This document shows positions 1-11,540 of a stretch of 64,000 nt of DNA, one piece after another. The stretch's first letter is position 1. Each line of letters starts with the position of its first letter. The DNA lies in NCBI GenBank assembly GCA_051530055.1, contig CM121343.1, forward strand, positions 3,814,389 to 3,878,388, given 5' to 3'. Both the position numbers and the translations under genes were made by a program. The notes beneath the pieces were generated by a model. That model was not told where the DNA came from. It worked only from the letters and a program-made list of their open reading frames with translations, and did no database searches. The DNA comes from Neoechinorhynchus agilis (Eukaryota > Animalia > Acanthocephala).

Positions 1-359
1 CATCATGACATATCTTTACCAAAGGTTGCAACATAAGGAATCCAAAGTATAATTTGTAATTCGACTACAAATACAATAAAATCTGATCATTTATTTTTCG
101 CTATCACGGAACTTTTTATGCGCACCGAATCGCTCACTTGTGTTCCTTATGACAATCCTCGAACTTTTGGAAAATAGAAATTATCTATTGTGGGTTATTT
201 GAAATACCCAACACTCAAATTCAGCTCAGATAGAATGTAAATCTTTGCGCAGTGATCACTTAACCATATATAGACTTTATGCGCTATCACAAGGCATACA
301 AAGGGACTTTAGTTACCATTTTACAAAATGGATAAAATACAACGGCATTTCGTTATGAC

Positions 360-728
360 TTAATTGTCATCCGGGTGTTTCTGTTTTCCTGGACCATTGC
401 TATGAGCACTTTTTGTCTTCTTGTTTCTACTTGTCCATATCCAGTACCTTCGTCGGACGACACGATAGCACAATAAAAATAAAACTGGTAAAACAATACC
501 AGCAGAGAAAGATGCAAGGGCAATGATTACAAGCACAATTACTGCTCGGATTTTATGGTGTTCGCGCTCTCCTGAGCATCCATGCCATTTGAGTACGTAT
601 TCCATGTACCCACGCCGAATAATGACTACATGCTTATGTGGCTGATCGTTTAAACCAAACTCAATGTCCTTGTCATCTCCGAAAGCTTCAATACCTTCTC
701 TGTAGTCATTTAATTCAATTGATGTCAT
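360..728 (-). CDS. Hypothetical single-pass membrane protein (122 aa; may be a terminal exon)
   Basis: Open frame with one hydrophobic run (AVIVLVIIALASFSAGIVLPVLFLLCY) followed by basic RVVRRR, typical of a stop-transfer helix. No family recognised. Confidence 0.45.
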   Translation of the reverse strand: MTSIELNDYREGIEAFGDDKDIEFGLNDQPHKHVVIIRRGYMEYVLKWHGCSGEREHHKIRAVIVLVIIALASFSAGIVLPVLFLLCYRVVRRRYWIWTSRNKKTKSAHSNGPGKQKHPDDN

Positions 729-950
729 ATGCTCATCCTTTCTTCATTTTTTCCAGGTCACTAAAATGTTATTAAAACCCATTTGAAATCGATTCACTTT
801 CAAGCGGAATTCATAACCTATTTCATACCTTCTTTATATTGAAATTCCATTTTGGAAAGTCATTTGCAAAGACAAATTTGGTTTAATTGACCAAAAAAGG
901 AGTTTATAACTAAGCCATATTTTGTACAAACATAAATAGTAACGACAGCC

Positions 951-1214
951 GCACCCAGTGGCCAAGTGGTGCGCGTTCAAAATGCGCTCGATTGGTCGCT
1001 GGGTTCCACGGGGGAGGGGTTACGAGGTTGCGGTTAGGGTAGGAGTCAGGTTTGAGATCGCCCATCGGCCCCAGAAAAGGGTTGGCCCTGTCCCTTCGAG
1101 TGCGACTGAGCGCCTCCGAAGTGTGTGAGTTAGCCGATAGGCTCCCTAAGGATATGTAGCCGAAAAGCTTTCTCCGCCGTAAGGCCCTGAGTGTATGCGA
1201 TTAAAGATAAATAA
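951..1214 (+). mobile_element. tRNA-derived SINE-like element
   Basis: GC-rich island with A-box TGGCCAAGTGG (959-969), anticodon-like hairpin GCGCG-TTCAAAA-TGCGC, partial B-box GGTTC (about 1002) and an A-rich end. Flanked by AACGACAGCC (941-950) and AACCACAGCC (1215-1224), a candidate target-site duplication. Confidence 0.6.
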
Positions 1215-1833
1215 AACCACAGCCACTTTGCCGTGAAATGATCTGTAAAAACCTGGGTTTTAATTCTGTGAAGGCCATTATTTTTTGGCTAAATCTGAAT
1301 AGTTTTAAATAATGCATAAACTTAGCTTATTGATCAAAATTAATATTAGAGGTAATAAAATATTATTTCATAACCAGACTGAGTGCACATATTTGTGAAA
1401 ATATAATTGCATAAGTTCCCTTCAATGGCCACTTTAAACATGAGTTCAGGCGAAGTCATAATATCGTCTCAGAAAATATTTAATACTTCTAAATTATGTC
1501 TTACTAAAGAAATAAAAATTTAATTACTAATATAGATCATTGTGAGCATCAATACCAAGTTCTTTGGAATGAACTAATCAGGAGTTACTAATTTAATTAT
1601 AGCATACAGAATTTCATGTGAACTTAGAAACATTTTAAGTTTTTTCAAGCATACGTTTGCTTAATCAAAGTTGAAAATTACTCGTTTACTCGATACCCCT
1701 TTATAACAACAGCGGGTGAGAAAACGCGAGAAATTGTTCATGGTAAAGATAAAGCAAAACGAGGTGCGGATGGACGATTGCAAACGGAGCTATATGTTCG
1801 ATAGGACTGTTTGAAGATTTAATTGTTCATGTT

Positions 1834-2035
1834 TTTATATGGCGTAAAAATCAAAAGGATTCATTGATTCCGATTGATTTCGGCATAATCTTGTACGCGT
1901 TTATCATGGTTCTTTAAGTGTTTTATTGACATTTAAGTGCGAATAAAACACTTAAACAGCCTTGATAAACGCGTACAAGATTGTGCCGAAATCAATCGGA
2001 ACCAATAAATCCTTTTGATTTTTACGCCATATAAA
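1834..2035. mobile_element. Fold-back (MITE-like) element, family A
   Basis: Long imperfect inverted repeat TTTATATGGCGTAAAAATCAAAAGGATT...AATCCTTTTGATTTTTACGCCATATAAA. Related pieces at about 3130-3170, 37325-37412 and 51875-52470. Confidence 0.8.
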
Positions 2036-3381
2036 TAAGGACTAATATTATGTACAAAAAACGGGCGGATCTACAATCTAGTTTATGATTAAATATCAGA
2101 AACTCTCGGATACATAACTCCTTAATCAAAGAAATAGGCTTTGTGACAAACGCTGGAAAATGCATTTGTCCGCGACTTTTAGATCAGGTCGTATAAAATT
2201 CGGATTTCGCTAGGATTCGATTCCCGTGATCATGCAAGCGGTTCCAATGTTTCATAGACAAAGAACGAAGTTGTAAAAAGAGTAAGCCATCAAAAACAAG
2301 CTCCAAGTAATTGGATAAAGTTGTTGGCTTAAGTGGCTTACTTTGATAGAACGAGTAATATGTCGCTTAGTATTACTATATATCGCAAAATGCAAAAGAA
2401 GGCAGCAATTTAGTCTTAATTGTTTGAAGTACGGATAAGGAGAGTACCTATAATAAATATATTAAACTTGTGAAACCAAGCTACAAGAATCGTTAGAGTT
2501 TTAATTCAAAAGTCACTTGCTTTCCGTCGATGCGCAAACTCAAAACAAATCGTAAAAGATAAACCAGAAGGTTGATCAGGAACTAAAATGTATTTTAGAC
2601 AGTGTTTACTCTCTTAATATCAAATTAGGCTAAAACTTTTTTTCATTAACATTTGAAGACAACAATTTGATAGCGAATCAATCATTAGATGTATATATTA
2701 TTATATCTGCAACTGAAAATATCTCGAATACTTGCAGCGGTGCTCATGCGTGAAAACTTGTTCAGGATTATCTTTGTAAGAAGAAGGTAAATTTTGAAAG
2801 TTATTGAAAGACGGACTAGGAAACTATAACGCATTTTAAACATTTGATTTTGGACGATATCGAATCGATCTACTTATTTAACAGCGATAGTTTTAAGACA
2901 TTAAATCTTATCTCAATTGCATGTTTTTAATAAATCGCATAAGTAAATTTTGAAGGTCATTAAAAATTGAATTACCTATTTAACAAGGATCACTTCAAGA
3001 TTTTTCCAGTATTTTGTTACCATTTGACAATATCTATAATACTGACAGCTTATGGCGATGACTAATTGAAGGAATTTTATTAAATCAGATATTTCGAACT
3101 CTGATTTGTTTCCCTTCATCTACTTCTAAACAACCTTGATAAAAGCGTACAAGATTGTGGCTCCGAAATGTCGGTCGCCATAAACGAGCATGAATAATTT
3201 AATATTCAAATAATACCGACAGAAATGTTCATATATATTAAAACTTATCCTGGGTGAACTTCCCTGGTGGAAATTAAATTTTAGAAGTAATTCGAGATGA
3301 ACCTGTGCTAATAAAATCATAGTTCAAAGAATTTTGCTTTAGGTCAATAAAATGAGGAAAGGAGGACAATTTTGCTTTAGG

Positions 3382-4411
3382 TTAACAAAATGAGGAAAGG
3401 AGGGCGGTATTTGATTTTGCAGTGCATGTAGACCATATACGGTTTCCGGTGCGTTTGCAGTCGATAGTCAAACCCGCATCGTAGGTAGGATCTTCAAAAG
3501 CGAGCATCTCCATTTCGAACGCTTTATGTGGACCGCAGTATTTCATAAAGGATGAATAATTTCCATTATACTCAGTAAGTGCCAATCTGCAGACTATTCT
3601 ATTGATCTCTGTACTTGAATTCATGTGAAACGTCGTCTCATTGAACATTGAACGTGTCAAAATAACGTGTTCACCTGCCGCAATGCAGTTTCCAATGGAC
3701 ACAAAATGGTAGTCGTGATCGTTTTCGTAGGCCATGCAGAATCTCAAGTACATTCTTGATTGATTGCTCATTAGCGACGGCGTGAAGGTGGATACTCGGT
3801 ATGAGTACACTGGTTCGTTCATTTTTTCCATAAAAACTTGTTCTCGAACGTCCATTATGGCGGTCGATAGCGGCGGCACCTATTTTTCCTTTAGAAGATG
3901 CTATATTTTTTTAGTAGAAGGATACATACCGCATTTTGGGGGCAAATGACTTGATCATGAACGAGCCACATGATTCCATGTGTTGAGTTTTGAACGCCGA
4001 AATGTACATATACAACAAAAGATTTATCGTGAACTTGGATTCCACATGAATCGAATTTCCTGTAAATCTGAATCATATAGCTGTAAGCATCACCGATTTG
4101 TGTGCATTCATTTGTGGGCATAATCGAATAATTTCCCGATAAACCGATGACCGGATATATGTTCTGATAAGTTTAATACAACATAAGAATGGTCACAAGA
4201 ACCGATATTATGTACCTTGTGGGAAATTAGTATCCCATTCCTGCAATCGATATGGGCATTTCTAACGAACCTCAATGCAATGGACGACACATGTAGCCTA
4301 ACTTAATGGCGATCGGACTTAATATTGAACCTTTATGGACATGATTGAAGGCTAACCCAGAATGGAAAGCGCCAGTATTCTCCACCAATACCCATTATTA
4401 CTTTTCATCAT
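3382..4411 (-). CDS. Secreted ZP (zona pellucida)-domain-like protein, 4 predicted exons
   Basis: Three GT-AG introns of about 50-55 nt join the ORF pieces in frame. Hydrophobic N-terminus WWRILALSIL; ZP-N-like Cys pattern IDC..NEC..DSCG..VICP; ZP-C-like YLRFCMA, FVSIGNC, RIVCRL. Confidence 0.6.
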
Positions 4412-4699
4412 ATCGTTGTTTTTCCCAAATCTAGAACAAGCATGCCACCACGTAAGAGTTTCCTCCTCAACTTCCACAACAGTCGTCCGCGGGTGATGGC
4501 GACTACAAGTGTCTTCGGAAACCTAGTTCTCCGTTTGCGCTCGTACGTCAGTATACGACGAAAAAAGACGTGCGCGAGCGTCGCTGTGTGGGTTGATGAA
4601 GCATCAGTAGTAGTAGCAGCAGCAGCCGTGTCTATTAGAACGCCGCGTGTGACGATTCGCCGTCCTCATAAGTTGATCCAGGAATTTCCCAAGACCTTT

Positions 4700-6655
4700 T
4701 TTGGTGACGTAGTCATCCATGAGTGCTCCAGAGAGCGCACACACCACGCGATACATGGGTACGCGACGAATACCATCCTATTCGGTGACGTAATCATCCA
4801 TGAGTGCTCCGTAGTTCACACGCCAGACCATACACGGAATCGCGACGAATACCACCCTATTCGGTGACGTAGTCATCATTGAGTGCTCCGTAGTGCACAC
4901 GCCAGACGATACATGGAATCGCGACGAATACCACCTTATTCGGTGACGTAGTCATCCATGAGTGCTCCATAGTGCACACCAGACCATACTTGGAATCGCG
5001 ACGAATACCACCCTTTTCGGTGACGTAGTCATCATTGAGTGCTCCAGCGCGCTGAAACGCACACCAGACGATACTTGGATACGCAACGAATACCACTCTT
5101 CTTGGTGACGTAGTCATCATTGAGTGTTCCGCAGTACACACCGGACGATACATGGAATCACCACGAATACCACCCTTTTCGGTGACGTAGTCATCCATGA
5201 GTGCTCCGAGGTGCACGCGAGACGATACATGGAATCGCGACGAATACCACCCTTCTTGGTGACGTAGTCATCCATGAGTGCTCTGAGGTGCACGCGAGAC
5301 GATACATGGATACGCGACGAATACCACCCTTTTCGGTGACGTAGTCATCCATGAGTGCTCCGAGGTGCACGCGAGACGATACATGGAATTGCGACGAATA
5401 CCACCTTATTCGGTGACGTAGTCATCCTTGAGTTCGCCGTAGTGCACACCAGACGATACATGGAATCGCGACGAATACCACCTTATTCGGTGACGTAGTC
5501 ATCATTGAGTGTTCCGTAGTGCACACCAGACGATACATGAATACGCGACGAATACCATCCTATTCGGTGACGTAATCATCCATGAGTGTTCCGTAGTTCA
5601 CACGCCAGACCATACACGGAATCGCGACGAATACCACCCTATTCGGTGACGTAGTCATCATTGAGTGCTCCGTAGTGCACACGCCAGACGATACATGGAA
5701 TCGCGACGAATACCACCTTATTCGGTGACGTAGTCATCCTTGAGTTCTCCGTAGTTCACACCAGACGATACACGGAATCGCGACGAATACCACCCTATTC
5801 GGTGACGTAGTCATCATTGAGTGCTCCATAGTGCACACCAGACGATACTTGGAATTACGACGAATACCACCCTTTTCGGTGACGTAGTCATCCATGAGTG
5901 CTCCACGTAAGCGCACACCAGACGATACATGGATACGCGACGAATACCACCCTTCTTGGTGACGTAGTCATCCATGAGTGCTCGAGCACGCGAGACGCCG
6001 CGACGAATACCACTATTCGGTGACGTATCATCCTGAGTTCCGTAGTCACACCAGACCATACACGGAATCGCGACGAATACCACCCTATTCGGTGACGTAG
6101 TCATCATTGAGTGCTCCGTAGTGCACACGCCAGACGATACATGGAATCGCGACGAATACCACCTTATTCGGTGACGTAGTCATCCTTGAGTTCTCCGTAG
6201 TTCACACCAGACGATACATGGAATCGCGACGAATACCACCCTATTCGGTGACGTAGTCATCATTGAGTGCTCCGTAGTGCACACGCCAGACGATACATGG
6301 AATCGCGACGAATACCACCCTTTTCGGTGACGTAGTCACCCTTGAGTGTTCCATAGTGCACACCAGACGATACATGGAATCACGACGAATACCACCCTTT
6401 TCGGTGACGTAGTCATCCATGAGTGCTCCAGCGCGCTAAAACGCACACCAGACGATACATGGATACGCAACGAATACCACTCTTCTTGGTGACGTAGTCA
6501 TCCTTGAGTGTTCCGCAGTACACACCGGACGATACATGGAATCACCACGAATACCACCCTATTCGGTGACGTAGTCATCCATGAGTGCTCCGTAATGCAC
6601 ACCAGACGATACATGGATACGCGACGAATACCACCCTATTCGGTGACGTAGTCAT
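4700..6655. repeat. GC-rich minisatellite, unit 77-82 bp, about 25 copies
   Basis: Repeating core CGACGAATACCACCCTATTCGGTGACGTAGTCATC..TGAGTGCTCC. Unit length varies (77, 79, 82), so no frame is kept. Confidence 0.95.
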
Positions 6656-6716
6656 TGAATGGACATTAATTGTGATGGTCAATCAAATTACTTTATTTAA
6701 ATAAAAAACAATCAAG

Positions 6717-7136
6717 TTAATATCTTGAAGGCCGCATAAAACAACAATTGCGGACCCGTGGAGCCGGGCCGCAGCTCGTGGTCCTTCGTGGCTCGCAAAT
6801 CATTTTCGCTGGCGTGCAGCATCTTTGTTCTTCACAGATTAAATCAGGACAAGTCTGAATCGGTTCGCAAACCATTCTTGAAGGACCACATTTGTATCTT
6901 GGATCGCAAATATAATTTCCCTGTTTAACGATTCTTCTTTTGTAAATCTGCCCGGAACAAGGTAAGACTCTTTCTTGAACTTGAACAGCCGGCTGATAGA
7001 TGGTTCGCTGAACGATCAACGGGGGCGGTTGATAACAAACGGTCTGCTGGCAAATCTGCGGACGGCAATTGTTATCCATAACGCAGGTACCATAGTAGCG
7101 GGGCCGCCGGCAATTTCCAACATTAGTGAATTCCAT
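6717..7136 (-). CDS. Cys/Pro-rich 139-aa protein, copy 1
   Basis: Intact intronless ORF with 17 Cys and 16 Pro, repeated CxP motifs (CDP, CGP, CEP, CTP) and AATAAA about 20 nt after the stop. Near-identical copies at 12310 and 19788. Confidence 0.8.
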   Translation of the reverse strand: MEFTNVGNCRRPRYYGTCVMDNNCRPQICQQTVCYQPPPLIVQRTIYQPAVQVQERVLPCSGQIYKRRIVKQGNYICDPRYKCGPSRMVCEPIQTCPDLICEEQRCCTPAKMICEPRRTTSCGPAPRVRNCCFMRPSRY

Positions 7137-7913
7137 TATTTCAAGACGAGAGGTTTTGTCTGATTTTAGAATCAGTTGCTTAAAGAGATATCGTTAGCCG
7201 CTCCCGCGTTGCCTGGTTACCGGTTAGAAAAAAGGTTTAAAATCGGGTTTTGGAATGTTGCGATGGCAATTGCACACGATTGGGATCAGTAAGCATGACC
7301 AATAGGGTTATCTAGATTTTGAACTACATTATCAAACATTTTAATATATCTTAAATTGCCCAATTGTTATTTTTATGGTGTTTATACGGACCTATTGCGT
7401 GGAAATCAGAATACTTAAATTGTTTACGTTATTGTGAGTGCTTAACAATTTGTACGAACAAAAGTTCGAGGCAAAAAGCATTCTCCAACCCTAAACAGCG
7501 CCGCTCAATCAGCTAAATCATTGCAAAACGAACCAGTGATCAAATGTTATTTAAATCTTCATTCGCACCATTTTTTGTAGTTAAAACGACTTTAGCTATT
7601 CTTCATGCATGTTCGGGACCCAATAGTACATGGGTTTAATTTCTTGAACTAAAAAATCAATAAAACGTGTTATTTTTTATATGTAAGTGACAAGCGGCGT
7701 TTGATTGCAATTCCAAAACGATTTAAAAGAGACAATTATGGCGGTTATTAATGCGACGATATGAGATTGCTTTTTATTTTCACATAGATGGACATTGATT
7801 TCGCCCATAGACATTGACTTTTAAAGCTCGCGTACTCACAAACCAAATAAGGTTCCAAATCTATTTGAACATTATCTTGCTTTTTTACTCCGCCGGAGTT
7901 GTCCTTTTTCGAT

Positions 7914-8331
7914 CACAAAATCTCTCACGCCCACATCAGAAACTTTTGTCAACTCGGCGATACTCCCTTTAGTTTCGCCATACGAAGTACTACAACATCT
8001 CAAGAAAGTATCTCGAAATTCGTCCCCTCAATCCGAAATCTCAAACTTTGCTCTTTGCTACATAATCCCCGAACTCATCGACCCTCTTACCCACATCATA
8101 AACCACAGGTTTTTATATGTTATCTACCCCTCATGCCTGAAAAATGCTAAAGTGATCCTTCTTCTGAAAAATGGGCATCCGATTTCCACCGAATCATGCG
8201 GTTTAGTATCCACTCTAAACGCTCTTTAAAAGTTCATCGAAAAATGTTTCAAAACTCGCCTTCTTACACTTCTTAACAAGAAACTATCGCCCTTACAATT
8301 TGGCTTCCGGCACAAATATTCGACCGTTGAA
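7914..8331 (+). mobile_element. Degenerate non-LTR (LINE) RT fragment, duplicate of 16756-17172
   Basis: Frame reads AKVILLLKNG...LSKFIEKCFKTRL...LSPLQFGFR..ST, matching the LINE RT N-terminal motifs (KxAxV.P..K, LSKxxEK, QFGFR). Confidence 0.8.
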
Positions 8332-8825
8332 TCAGGCTTTGAACACCCTCCGAGCAAACCTGAGACTGTTCCTTGATGATATCGCGTACGAGTAGTGCCA
8401 ATCGGGACATCTCCACATCTTCAACTGGATCACATTTGATCGGAAATAGAGAAATTTTTCGACTTGCCTTGCTCGGCTGAGGGGCAGCAGTTGCCAGAGA
8501 AATAAGCGCCCTGTCGATTCTGGAAGTTTATGGTCGCCATCAGCGACTCAAGATGGGCAGCTAGTCTTCTTTCAAGACATCGTATTGCCATGTTAATACC
8601 CGAACAAATAAATGCTTTGATTGAACATTTAGAGGTTGTTGCCTTTCGTGTACGGGAAATGCTGGCCTTTGTTCAAGGCAAGAGCAATGCGGATCAGTCA
8701 TTAGGCGCAACGTCGCACACTGAGGAACAATTGCAAATGTCGCTGTGGCAAGGACTTCTTCCGGATGCACGGCGTGCAACCATAGGAGGTTTTGTGGCGG
8801 CGAACAGAAGGAAGGACAGCACATA

Positions 8826-9935
8826 TTCTCAATTCTACGCACTGTCATCATCATTTGAAGATTCGATTATTATTTTCCTCGCCTCAATTCTACGTGGAAC
8901 AGCACTGTCATCATCACTTGAAGATTCGATTATTATTTCCCTTTTCGTTTTCTTATCAATCTTACGCTGTTACTTGAATACGCGCCTTCCGACAGCCAAT
9001 CCCCGAAGATTTGAAAGTACTTCAGATACAGTAGCATTTCAGCATCGTCACATCCACCGGAGTCCTCCTTTTGCGGCGTTTGCACTTGGTCCGAAATTTG
9101 CGATGTTACACCTGAAGATTCGATTATTATTTTCCTCGCCTCAATTCTACGCACTGTCATCATCACTTGAAGATTCGATTATTATTTTCCCTTTTCGTTT
9201 TTTATCAATCTTACGCTGTTACTTGAATAGGAGGAATCGCAATTATCCATCGATTTTTTCCCGGTGATAATCCTGACCGAAAGTGTTTTTACTATTTGTG
9301 TACGATCGGCTACTCGGACTACAATTTATCCTCGGGACTTACTGGAATCTCATCTTTACGGAGATGCGTTCCTGACCTTTTTGGATGCAACGCGCCTTCC
9401 GACAGCCAATCCCCGAAGATTTGAAAGTACTTCAGATACAGTAGCATTTCAGCATCGTCACAATCTCCGGAGTCCTCCCTTTGGGGCGTTTGCACTTGGT
9501 CCGAAATTTGCGATGTTACACCTGAAGATTCGATTATTATTTTCCTCGCCTCAATTCTCGTGGAACAGCACTGTCATCATCACTTGAAGATTCGATTATT
9601 ATTTTCCCTTTTCGTTTTTTATCAATCTTACGCTGTTACTTGAATAGGAGGAATCGCAATTGTCCATCGATTTTTTCCCGGTGATAATCCTGGCCGAAAG
9701 TGTTTTCTTTACTATTTGTGTACGATCGGCTACTCGGACTACAATTTATCCTCGGGACTTACTGGAATCTCATCTTTACGGAGATGCGTTCCTGACCTTT
9801 TTGGATGCAACGCGCCTTCCGACAGCCAATCCCCGAAGATTTGAAAGTACTTCAGATACAGTAGCATTTCAGCATCGTCACATCCACCGGAGTCCTCCTT
9901 TTGCGGCGTTTGCACTTGGTCCGGAGTTGCCGATG
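8826..9935. repeat. Irregular tandem repeat, about 410-420 bp unit with shorter internal repeats
   Basis: CGCGCCTTCCGACAGCCAATCCCCGAAG recurs at about 8981, 9391 and 9811; TGAAGATTCGATTATTATTTTCC recurs several times. Confidence 0.9.
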
Positions 9936-10599
9936 TTACACCTGATGCCTGGTCCGCATTACTTTTGTTTTGAACAAGGGCCAGCATTTCCCGTACACGA
10001 AAGGCAACAACCTCTAAATGTTCAATCAAAGCCTTTACTTGTTCGCTATTCATTTACGGTGCAGCGGCGGCACTAATCCAAGACGAAGTATTGTTTATTT
10101 TCCGCTACAATGGCCAAATATGTGTTGTCCTTCCTTCTGTTCGCCGCCACAAAACCTCCTACGGTTGCACGCCGTGCATCCTTCCATCCTCTTCACCTCG
10201 CACCTTCATCTATCTACGCTTCTTTTTTGATACTGCTCCATCTTCTCGGAGATCGGGATCCGAGAGGGATCGGAGGAAAGAACTTACTTAGCAAGTTCTC
10301 CTTCAAGCAATAAACATCAATTCCCACCGATACGGACCCGTATTTCACTCCAAGATCAATAGCCACGTTCATTTTACCTAATTGAATCTTACCCTACACT
10401 CACCTATTGTTGTCCGGTCTTTTGCAACCTGTACAATTCACAAACTTGTCTCCTTGAAACGCTTAGTAGAAGAGCCTCTAAAATTTGAACAGTTGATTTC
10501 CCTTAGTCGGGCGAAGGTCCTTGGGTTGAGTTACCGATTTCTTTCCATTTTTGACAAGAAATATACGGCGAGAAGTGTTAATATTTCGCCAGCCGAAAG

Positions 10600-11540
10600 G
10601 AGAGCAAATAAGCATTAGATTGGCTAATTTGGAGATGCAGTCGCGGGGGAGAAGTGCAAGAATTTTAGTGCACTAATGAGAGTTTGAAGATGCTAATTTC
10701 GGGTTGCTGAACCAAGCGTTGTCCGATGCATGGTCAGTTTTTGCGCAATTGCTGCATCTTGGAGAAGCAGGGTGAGGACAAAGTTGAGCCCAATGGCCCC
10801 ATTTACGACATAAATTGCATTGAGGAAAAATGTAATCGTCTTGAGCCTAATCCTGATTTAAGCGAGAAACGTAATTCGAAGCAGTTGAAAGCATAAGAGG
10901 ATTGCTCGCAAGGTGTTTTCCGAACGTGTCTATCGCCTTCCACTATAATGATAGAAATTGGAAGTCTTAACTTTCTCGATTTTAGGAAAAGTTTAATTTT
11001 AACATTGAAGCGAGATTCAAAAGCCTCTCTCTTCTCTTTAGAAATGCTGGGTTGCAGCCCATTAGTCAGGAACCGGACCTTCTGTGAGGGTGATGAGATC
11101 GTTTACACATCGATTGGAAGATTTGAGGAAGCCAAAGTTTTTAGGTTGGATAACCAGTTGTGGTTCATTAGGTAGATTTTCATTATACCAGCGAAATAAG
11201 TTATGTGATGTATCCTTGTGATCCCATCATTATTAAAAGATCGGGCCCATTTAGTAATGATATTGTTGTACATGATATCTTTCGGCAAGATCGGGTTTGT
11301 AGTGAATGTTAAAATATGAGGCCATCTCTTGATAAGAAGAACAGAATAATTATCCTGAGAGTGATTGCCTTGAAAAGAGTAATCGGCGTGGTCGATAGTT
11401 GTGCGTTGATATGCGAACAAGCTGCAGATCGATTTGGAGAAATTAGATCGTTTGAAGATGTCGACTGTTATGGGTTGGCGGGCAGTTGCTCTCGTAAAGC
11501 TGATGTTATAGGAAACCTCAGGACATTGGGTGGTCATTTG
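10600..11540 (-). mobile_element. Decayed gag-like ORF1 of a non-LTR element (zinc knuckles)
   Basis: Minus frame QDDYIFPQCNLCRKWGHWAQLCP..RCSNC (CX2CX4HX4C). Upstream WPHILTFTTNPILPKD is similar to 54597-54818. Contains stops and frameshifts. Confidence 0.7.

Noticed and set aside
951-1015. Functional tRNA-Leu gene
   Set aside because: D-arm and anticodon-arm-like parts are present, but the T-loop/B-box is degenerate and no acceptor stem closes; a SINE head fits better.
1030-1045. TTAGGG telomeric seed here and near 53715
   Set aside because: Single hexamers, expected by chance.
4442-6128. ORFs in and before the minisatellite as a repetitive protein gene
   Set aside because: Unit lengths of 77, 79 and 82 bp shift the frame continually; the ORFs are short by-products on both strands.
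4700-6655. CRISPR-like repeat-spacer array
   Set aside because: The variable parts are mutated versions of one another rather than unique spacers; the context is an intron-containing animal genome with no cas genes.
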